Origin: Octopus sinensis
Taxonomy: Eukaryota
Assembly (NCBI RefSeq): GCF_006345805.1
Contig: NW_021828408.1
Location: 1 to 8,856 of the forward strand
DNA length: 8,856 nt
Reading direction: 5' to 3'
Part shown: piece after piece, positions 1 to 7,409 of the stretch
How positions within the stretch are numbered: position 1 is the first letter of the stretch
How the letters are laid out: every line of letters starts with the position of its first letter
Notes under the pieces: model-generated
What the model was told of the DNA's origin: nothing
Seen by the model: only the letters and a program-made list of their open reading frames with translations
Database searches by the model: none
Translations under genes and position numbers: made by a program

Positions 1-1583
1 CTCCCCTTGCTAATCTGTGGAGAAACTCACTGGATGCTGGCTATATTCCTAAAAACTTTCTGTCCCAGTCTGTTGTCCCAGTTTTCAAAAAGGAAACAAG
101 TCCCTTGCAGTGAATACCGTACCGTCCGATCTCACTCACTTCTCCTATCATCAAGGTATTGAGAGGGTGGGTGAGATCTCGAATAACCCAATTTCTGGAA
201 AGCAACAGACGGCTGATCTCTAACCAACATGGTTCCGTAATGGAAGGGACTGCCTAACGCAGCTCCTGCATCACTTTGATGACATTTGAGAGCTTTGGGA
301 GAGGGCTCCAACACCGATGTCATCTACCTTGATTTCAGCAAGGCCTTCGACAGTGTCGATCACAAGATCCTATTGAAAAAACTATCCAACATTGGTGTCT
401 CTGGAAAGTCACTGAAATGGATCAAGTGTTTCCTGACAGACAGATCTCAACATGTTATAGTTGAAAGGAGTAAAATCAAGCCCAGCCAAAGTCATTAGTG
501 GCGTTCCGCAAGGCACTGTGCTGGGCCCACTCACTTCTTTCATCATCTACATTAATGACATTAATGACATCATCAAGCACAGCAACATAGAAATCTTTGC
601 AGATGATTCCAAGCTCCAGAAGGTCATAAATGAGCGAGTGACCGGACATGCCTTCAGTCAGATCTACTGGCTGTTATCCAATGGGCAGAAAAGAACAATA
701 TGCTGCTGAACGAGGATAAATTCGAGTTAATCCACTTTGGAAAAAGGATGCCCTGAAACTCCCATACTCCCTTCCTTCAGGTGAAACTCTCGTGGCATCT
801 AACAACATCAGAGACTTGGGAGTAATCGTGGACAACAACATAAGCTGGGCCACTCATATAAACAACCAAAGTTGACATGGGCCGCAGAATGTTTTCCTGG
901 ATTCTCAGAACTTTCCAGTCGAGAGATATCCACACACCATTTCTCCTCTCTCTCTCCACTTTTACGCCCGACCCCACCTTAATATACTGTTGTCCACTGT
1001 GGTCTCCCCACACAAAACAAAGTATCATAAAAGTTGAAGCACCTCAAAGGTCAATCACAAAAAAGATAGATGGCATGACAGGCCTCGACTATTAGGGTCG
1101 ATTAGAAAAGCTAAAACTTTATTCCTCTCCAACGTCGCCATGAGCGCTACACAACTGCATGATGTGGAAAATATTCCATCAGCATTGCCTAAATGATGTT
1201 GGCATCACCTTTAAGGTACATCCAAGCTTGGGCCCCGTGCCATCCGCCCACAACAAAAATCGCACTCTCATCTCAAACAACAATACGGCACAATTATCCA
1301 CCTCACTGACTGGCCCCGCTCTCTTTACATTACACCAAAACACATTAAAACAGAACCGAGAGACCCTATAGGGTTCAAGAAGTCTTTGGACAGATTCCTT
1401 CAAGAAATCCCGGATAAACCTCCTACACCCGGATATGTCTCTGTAAACAATAACTCTCTACTTGAGTGGGCCTTAGTGCCCAAATTCTGACTTGAAAGAC
1501 TTCACCAGGTGGTGCTATTAAGTTAGAGATGGCCTGGGCCAATAATGGCCGAAACCTATCAAAGTATCAAAGTATCAAAGTAT
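1..1583 (+). mobile_element. Decayed 3' portion of a CR1-group (CR1/L2/Crack-like) non-LTR retrotransposon, running off the left window edge
   Basis: RT-like peptides in register across frameshifts, a short 3' UTR (1491-1556) with a GGCCA-ATAA-TGGCC hairpin (1537-1550), and an 8-bp tandem tail (TATCAAAG)x3 at 1557-1580. A 3' stem-loop followed by a short tandem-repeat tail is typical of CR1/L2-group LINEs. Confidence 0.92.
3..1490 (+). pseudogene. LINE ORF2 reverse transcriptase domain and C-terminus, disrupted by several frameshifts and stops
   Basis: Manual translation across frames gives PLANLWRNSLDAGYIPKNFLSQSVVPVFKK, (Y)RPISLTS, NQHG, VIYLDFSKAFDSVDHKILLKKL, GVPQGTVLGP, IFADDSKL (catalytic [Y/F]ADD), RDLGVIVD, YCCPLWSP and FKKSLDRFLQEIPDKPPTPGY...NSLLEW, ending at TGA 1488-1490. 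Confidence 0.93.
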
Positions 1584-1620
1584 ATATATATATAAATATA
1601 CAAACATATACACCTACACA
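1557..1620 (+). repeat. LINE tail (TATCAAAG)x3 merging into a (TA)n/(CA)-like microsatellite
   Basis: Read directly from the sequence. Confidence 0.85.
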
Positions 1621-1866
1621 CATTGTAATACATTTTCATACATAGGTACATTTATTCATCAAACACGAATGACAGTCGGCTCCACCCCATTCTATCATTA
1701 TTATCATTATTATTGTCATATCCGTGACATGTTTTTGTATTTGACTAACATTAGATTCTGACAGGAGCAAATCTTCTCTTTTTCTTTCATTTCTCCTCCT
1801 AAACCCATACACACAGACACACGATAAATGTCTATTTGTCTCTCTGAGTGTATATTAGACTTTACA

Positions 1867-1936
1867 TCTCTCTCTCTCACTCCCTCCCTCTCTCTCACTC
1901 CTCCTCTCTCTCACCCCCCTCTCTCTCTTTCTCTCT
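1867..1936. repeat. Degenerate (CT)n microsatellite
   Basis: Interrupted tctctctc runs. Confidence 0.9.
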
Positions 1937-2348
1937 ATTTCGTATGTATGTGTTCATTTTTTCATACACGCCCAAACATAATATACATACATTTATATAG
2001 ACACATACATATATATCCTCTACTGACACATACTTATACACACACACACATACACACATGTTCACTTTCTTACTTTATGAGGACCGAGAATGTATTCAGA
2101 CTAAATTTGATTTTTTGTTGTTGTTGTCCCCCTCTTTTCAGCGACAGGTAAATGTATTGGGGAACAACGACCAACAAAAATAATTCAATATGACTAAAAC
2201 GATGTTTATCGTTGTTATATATATATATATATTATAATCTATTTACATATATTTCTATATATGTTTATAGACATGTATATACATGTATGAGCGCTGTGTT
2301 TATATGTTAGTATATATACATATACATATATATGTGTGCGTATAGATA

Positions 2349-2560
2349 TTCTTTTTTCTTTTATTTTTTTCAGTCATTTGACTGTGACCATGCTGGAGCA
2401 CCACCTTTAGTCGAGCAAATCGACCTCAGAGCTTATTCTTCGTAAGCCTAGTACTTATTCTATCGGTCTCTTTTGCCGAATTGAGCCGCTAAGTTACGGG
2501 GACGTAAACACACCAGCATCGGTTGTCAAGCGATGTTGGGCGAACAAACACAGACACACA
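2349..2560 (-). mobile_element. SINE-like interspersed repeat, copy A (3' part; octopus-type family)
   Basis: Reverse complement of copy B and colinear with copy C. T-rich tail at 2349-2370. Orientation is inferred from the A-rich tail; no tRNA-derived head is seen in the window. Family recognition is from memory. Confidence 0.85.
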
Positions 2561-2561
2561 A

Positions 2562-2746
2562 GCTTGACAACCGATGAAGGTGAGTTTATTTCCCCGTAAA
2601 TTTGCAGATCGGTTCGGCAAAAGTAACCCATAGAATAAGTACTAGGCTTACGAAGAATAAGCCCTGGGGTCGATTTGCTCGACTAAAGGTGGTGCTCCAG
2701 CATGGCCGCAGTCAAATGATTGAAACAAGTAAAAGAATAAAAGAAT
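2562..2746 (+). mobile_element. SINE-like interspersed repeat, copy B (3' part)
   Basis: gcttgacaaccgatg...ggtgctccagcatggccgcagtcaaatgattgaaacaagtaaaagaataaaagaat. I counted 142/161 ungapped matches to the reverse complement of copy A. Confidence 0.85.
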
Positions 2747-2748
2747 GT

Positions 2749-2752
<4 letters not shown>

Positions 2753-2809
<57 letters not shown>
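2753..2809. repeat. (AT)n followed by (GT)n microsatellite
   Basis: Read directly; follows the SINE B tail. Confidence 0.97.
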
Positions 2810-2812
<3 letters not shown>

Positions 2813-3442
2813 ACGTAGGTATGTATACATTTATGTCAGGTCACTCTCCAGTGCTGTTGGAAATATGTAACCCAGTACAACCTGCCGAATGGTCGGGTTG
2901 TCGGCGACTAAACCGGCAAACGCACCAATCTTACTTGGTGACGAAGGAGACTTGGGCATCCTGGGGGATGAAAAATGATATGTCCCATTTTGTTTCTCTG
3001 CTGGACTGGCCCGAACGGTGTACCTTTGTCGAGTGACCTTACTGACTGTGATTGTCCACATTAGCAGTGGACCAGCTCACTTCTCGCCTGGAGGCGTCCG
3101 CCACGACAAAGAACAAAACCTGTCAAAGGGTAAGCGTCAACGTCCATTCAGTAGAGCGTATAAGGAGGAGTTAACCTTTATGACGAAAAATCTCCGAGCC
3201 AGCGACATGGGGAGTAGCATGACAGCTCTGAGTTGTGTACGTTGAACTTCATTCGATGTATGATCTTCATTCGGCGAAACTACATGACACAATATGGGTA
3301 GCGGAAGATTCTCTTCAACCAACGGTCAGTCTAGGGTCAAAATATCCAATTAAAGGATTAATGTGAGTTGGTTAATCACTTTAGCTATTTAATAACACCA
3401 TGAGGTTCTGGAACCTAATATTGTCACCGATTGAGGTTGGAT

Positions 3443-3517
3443 GAGTAGTAGTAGTAGTAGTAGTTGTTGTTGTTGTAGTAGTAGTAGTAGTAGTAGTATT
3501 AGTATTAGTATTAGTAT

Positions 3518-3558
<41 letters not shown>

Positions 3559-3577
3559 TGTATGTATGTATGTATGT
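3443..3577. repeat. Compound microsatellite: (TAG)n, (TTG)n, (TAGTAT)n, (TAG)n, (TATG)n
   Basis: Read directly. It accounts for the poly-S, poly-L and poly-T ORFs in the track. Confidence 0.97.
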
Positions 3578-3713
3578 ACCCACGTATGATAATTATCATC
3601 TTATGATAATGTATATATATATCTGGTTTAAAAAGCCACATCAGCTGCCATGATGGTTCTAAGGTGTAAGTACAGGAGGTGGTCAAACTCTGCATAAGGA
3701 GACCAAACCCACC

Positions 3714-3766
3714 ATATATATATATATATATATATCTATATATATATATATACATACACACACACA

Positions 3767-3818
<52 letters not shown>

Positions 3819-3830
3819 TACACACACACG
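3714..3830. repeat. (TA)n followed by (CA)n microsatellite
   Basis: Read directly. Confidence 0.97.
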
Positions 3831-4028
3831 CACGAACGGGTGCTGAAAATTTCCTGGCTTTGACTAACAGAAAATACAAGTGGATTATAAATTATAATTT
3901 TATTCAACATATTTCCCTCTCAAATTAACACACTTATTGTAGCGGTCCTTCAGTTTTTTAAGAGCTGTAAAAGAAGCCAGAAATTTGGGACTCCAGCCAG
4001 GCTAGAACCGTTTTCAGCAACCACCGTA
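3831..4028. mobile_element. Mariner-type non-autonomous element (MITE), ~200 bp, copy 1
   Basis: Degenerate terminal inverted repeats: left cacgaacgggTGCTGAAAAtttcctggc, right gccagg...TTTTCAGCAaccaccgta, ending in TA. The interior 3901-4000 aligns with 6161-6260. Confidence 0.78.
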
Positions 4029-4044
4029 TACATACATACATACA

Positions 4045-4097
<53 letters not shown>
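4029..4097. repeat. (TACA)n followed by (TA)n microsatellite
   Basis: Read directly. Confidence 0.97.
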
Positions 4098-4099
<2 letters not shown>

Positions 4100-4300
4100 C
4101 TGTTTTTCTTTTAAATTGATTCAGTCATTTGACTGCGGCCATGCTGGAGCACCGCCTTTAGTCGAACGAATCGACCCCAGGACTTATTCCTTGTAAAACG
4201 AGTACTTATTCTATCGGTCTCTTTTGCCGCTACGTTATGGGGATGCAAAAACACCAGCATCGGTTGCCAAGTGATGTTGGGGAAGGGGAACAAACACACA
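4098..4300 (-). mobile_element. SINE-like interspersed repeat, copy C (3' part)
   Basis: cagtcatttgactgcggccatgctggagcaccgcctttagtcga...gtacttattctatcggtctcttttgccg...accagcatcggttg, colinear with copy A and ending in (CA)n. Confidence 0.85.
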
Positions 4301-4305
4301 TGCAC

Positions 4306-4349
<44 letters not shown>

Positions 4350-4375
4350 TATACTATATACATATATATAAATAT

Positions 4376-4415
<40 letters not shown>

Positions 4416-4459
4416 ATATATATATGCATGTATATGTATATCTATGTCTCTCTCTCTCT

Positions 4460-4521
<62 letters not shown>

Positions 4522-4533
4522 TATATAAAATAT

Positions 4534-4567
<34 letters not shown>

Positions 4568-4580
4568 GCATATATATATA
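4293..4580. repeat. Compound (CA)n/(TA)n/(CT)n microsatellite block
   Basis: Read directly. Confidence 0.97.
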
Positions 4581-5216
4581 AAAATGCAATGCAAAGGGAG
4601 GGAACGTGCCTGTGTATTTGCGTCTCTTCCTCTGTTTATGTCTCATCTCTTCTCCTCGCCGGCAACCTATCTTATTCCATTACATTCTGTCCATGCTTTT
4701 CAAATAAAAACCTATCCTTTTACTCGTTGTCTGGACAAACATACAAACATGGAATTGCATTTCATAGTGTTGTTTTGAAGGAATCGGTTTATTTGCAATG
4801 TATAGACTCTAGAATTTGCCCTCAGCAATTTGTCTGTTTAGGATCACTTCACACGACGTACAGCAACGCCAGCCAATCTCGCTTTTCAAAAACATACCTT
4901 CAACGCCGTATTACGTTCTTCTTCCCATTCCAAGGCCAATGCACTCCCGCGCCGTCCACACACACACCACAGACGATTTATACCCGTACACCGAATATTT
5001 CTACAGATTCCATATTTTGTTAACATTCACTTAGCATCGTATTGGCAGGTTTCCACTGCCATTATTTACTGTTTCTAAAAGATTCTCGGCCACAGACAAC
5101 AAACGCGCAAGTCAAGTATAGTGTGTGTATGTATGTATGTGTGTGTTTACAAGGTATATGATTCAGTATACGTGCATGTCAGACATGCGCACATGCTCAC
5201 ACAGCTACACACGCGA

Positions 5217-5218
5217 GC

Positions 5219-5267
<49 letters not shown>
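5217..5267. repeat. (TA)n microsatellite
   Basis: Read directly. Confidence 0.97.
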
Positions 5268-5268
<1 letters not shown>

Positions 5269-5560
5269 CAATTACGTGTGCATGTGCGTCAGTGTTTGCT
5301 CATACATAAATATATAAATATATGCATACAAATACTGATATTTGAAGAATCAGTATTGTCAGTGGATTCAAACTTTTGGTCACTTAGGCCAATCGTTGGG
5401 CTGCGATACACTGATGTTAAACCGGCTAAAACTCCGAAGTTACAGTCAATAATATTCTTGTGTAAGAGTAACACATTTGTACACTACAAACATTTAGAGT
5501 AACCCATCAGATTAATGTGAATTTTGTTTAATTATAACTGAACATAAAAACAACCATAAA

Positions 5561-5666
5561 CTATATATATATATAGTCTATATACATACATACTCCCACA
5601 CACATATGTAATATATATACATATACGTATCTACATATAATATATAATACATACATACATACATAC

Positions 5667-5723
<57 letters not shown>

Positions 5724-5736
5724 GTATGTATGTATA
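5561..5736. repeat. Compound (TA)n/(TACA)n/(TATG)n microsatellite
   Basis: Read directly. Confidence 0.95.
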
Positions 5737-6009
5737 TGCAGTAATCCATCGACAATCGCGGGGGGTGGGGGTTGGAACGTAACACCCGCGTGAAAATCTG
5801 CGAAGTAGAAACAGTGCTGTATATATATATTTTAAAATTATTTTTATTATTTATATATATTTATTTTGTTAATTTTATATACCTAAGCTTTCATAAACCC
5901 TCCTCACATTTTTAGGAGTACCCGTGTCTTCTCTTTTTTACCTCCTGACTTTAGCTTTCCATACAGTATATGTGATAGGTGAACCGCGATATGGCGTATG
6001 ATTACTGCA
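5737..6009. mobile_element. pogo/Tigger-type (Tc1-mariner superfamily) MITE, 273 bp
   Basis: Termini TGCAGTAATC (5737-5746) and GATTACTGCA (6000-6009) are perfect inverted repeats, with a further shared ATCGCGG/CCGCGAT just inside. Flanked by TA at 5735-5736 and 6010-6011. A CAGT-start TIR plus a CGCGGG...CCCGCG subterminal hairpin resembles Tigger/MER2-type ends. Confidence 0.8.
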
Positions 6010-6160
6010 TAAATATATTGGGTTTAGTTAACAGAAAAAAAACTACAACACATTAATTAATAGTATACTTTCCTTTGTTGCTTAGACTTCCTTCCATCGT
6101 TCACTAAGTTTTTCGATGCCCCGGGGAGGGATAGAAATCTCCCGGTCTTGACTCAAAGAA

Positions 6161-6308
6161 TATTCAAGATATTCCCCTCCCAGATTCACACACTTATCGC
6201 AGAGATCCTTCAGTTTTCCAAACCCCGTAAAAACCTCGGAAGATTGGACCTCCAACCAGCCTTTCGCGAAACCCTTAAACCTAAGACCTTTTTCAGCACC
6301 CTCTCGTG
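6161..6308. mobile_element. Mariner-type MITE, copy 2 (right portion only)
   Basis: Aligns to 3901-4028. TTTTCAGCACCC at 6290-6301 is the exact reverse complement of GGGTGCTGAAAA at 3838-3849 in the left TIR of copy 1. The left ~70 bp are missing. Confidence 0.78.
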
Positions 6309-6668
6309 TTTTTTTAATTTTCTCCTGGTTTACGGAATTAATATTTTTTTTGCGGTTGAAGCCTTGGCTGCTATTTCTAGTGGGTTGAACGGCCTATTAT
6401 GGCCGTTCCTAAATTTTGCTGTTGAATTTATTAATAGTCTCTGACTATTTCCTTTTTTTCCCACTAGGCCGCTGGTGGCAAATAATTTCTACTGAATTTT
6501 TTGCTACCCTATATTGATAAATTATGAATTTTCTGTTTAATTCCTAAATGGAATCGGCAGCGTATATTTGCTGCCGATAAATTTGGCGCGAGTACGATGA
6601 TTTGAAAATTTTAGGTCAGATATTGCCGAGACAGTAGTGGTGCTGCCTCGTGAAAATATCGGTCCCAT

Positions 6669-6785
6669 CTGGCTTACTTTACTGATGAATTTGTTGGCCT
6701 ATGGAAGATTAGCTTGATTTAATTTAATCAGGCTGATTTACCATTAAAAAACAGACGAAACGATGCTTTGTATAAAGTATTACAG
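6669..6785 (+). ncRNA. Type I hammerhead ribozyme motif, copy 1 (predicted cleavage GUA|U between 6772 and 6773)
   Basis: Stem I UACUUUA 6675-6681 pairs perfectly with UAAAGUA 6773-6779. Core CUGAUGA at 6682-6688. Stem II AUUUGUU 6689-6695 / AACAGAC 6750-6756 plus a 19-bp extension (6701-6719/6726-6744). GAAA at 6757-6760. Stem III is A-U, C-G, G.U, A-U with loop UGCU, then GUA at 6770-6772. Distal stem I CUG 6669-6671 / CAG 6783-6785 lies beyond a 3x3 internal loop. Caveat: 10.1-11.1 is A.C rather than the usual G-C. Confidence 0.85.
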
Positions 6786-7151
6786 GGTAAATGTTTTTTT
6801 AATTTTCTCCTGGTTTACGGAATTAATATTTTTTTTTGCGGTTGAAGCCTTGGCTGCTATTTCTAGTGGGTTGAACGGCCTATTATGCCGTTCCTAAATT
6901 TTGCTGTTGAATTTATTAATAGTCTCTGACTATTTCCTTTTTTTCCACTAGGCCGCTGGTGGCAAATATTTCTACTGAATTTTTTGCTACCCTATATTGA
7001 TAAATTATGAATTTTCTGTTTAATTCCTAAATGGAATCGGCAGCGTATATTTGCTGCCGATAAATTTGGCGCGAGTACGATGATTTGAAAATTTTAGGTC
7101 AGATATTGCCGAGACAGTAGTGGTGCTGCCTCGTGAAAATATCGGTCCCAT

Positions 7152-7271
7152 CTGGCTTACTTTAACTGATGAATTTGTTGGCCTATGGAAGATTAGCTTG
7201 ATTAATTTAATCATCAGGCTGATTTACCATTAAAAAACAGACGAAACGATGCATTGTATAAAGTATTACAG
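7152..7271 (+). ncRNA. Type I hammerhead ribozyme motif, copy 2 (predicted cleavage between 7258 and 7259)
   Basis: CUGAUGA at 7166-7172, GAAA at 7243-7246, GUA at 7256-7258, stem I 7158-7164 / 7259-7265. One extra A (7165) must bulge from stem I. Stem III contains the palindrome AUGCAU (7249-7254). Same A.C at 10.1-11.1 as copy 1. Confidence 0.8.
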
Positions 7272-7393
7272 GGTAAATGTTTTTTTAATTTTCTCCTGGT
7301 TTACGGAATTAATATTTTTTTTGCGGTTGAAGCCTTGGCTGCTATTTCTAGTGGGTTGAACGGCCTATTATGGCCGTTCCTAAATTTTGCTGC

Positions 7394-7409
7394 TATATAT
7401 ATATATATA
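7394..7409. repeat. (TA)8 microsatellite at the right junction of the ribozyme array
   Basis: Read directly. Confidence 0.95.

Larger units (their letters stand above)
6307..7392 (+). mobile_element. ~485-bp tandem repeat (~2.2 units) carrying hammerhead ribozyme motifs; candidate non-LTR retrozyme
   Basis: The anchor ctcctggtttacgg starts at 6322, 6807 and 7293 (periods 485 and 486). Units differ by small indels and one substitution (6767 T vs 7253 A). Each full unit contains a type I hammerhead fold. The tandem nature is certain; the retrozyme label is an inference. Confidence 0.8.

Noticed and set aside
2826-3250. Transposase- or integrase-like words (GDEK*, LLDWPER, HPPGCPSL, HATPHVA, RRLGHP)
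   Set aside because: They lie in different frames and strands, and their order and spacing do not match the Tc1/mariner DD(E/D) or copia layout. Treated as chance.
1716-5785. Low-complexity ORFs in the track (poly-YI, CV, TH, S, L, T)
   Set aside because: They are translations of microsatellites and SINE fragments, with no domain content.
5757-5790. G-rich tract as a G-quadruplex or separate regulatory element
   Set aside because: It lies inside the Tigger-type MITE subterminus and is explained by its CGCGGG/CCCGCG hairpin.
6121-6145. Imperfect GC-rich hairpin ccgggg...cccgg at the truncated left end of MITE copy 2
   Set aside because: Single occurrence that needs bulges, with no recognisable motif. 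Not enough to call a terminus or an RNA element.
6377-6408. Helitron 3' end on the minus strand (hairpin followed by CTAG)
   Set aside because: CTAG is followed by A rather than the T target, it is internal to every unit rather than terminal, and no matching 5' TC end is seen.
6657-6766. Alternative type III hammerhead fold using GUC at 6662-6664
   Set aside because: It needs a bulge in stem III, and no stem I can form next to CUGAUGA. The type I fold has a perfect 7-bp stem I.
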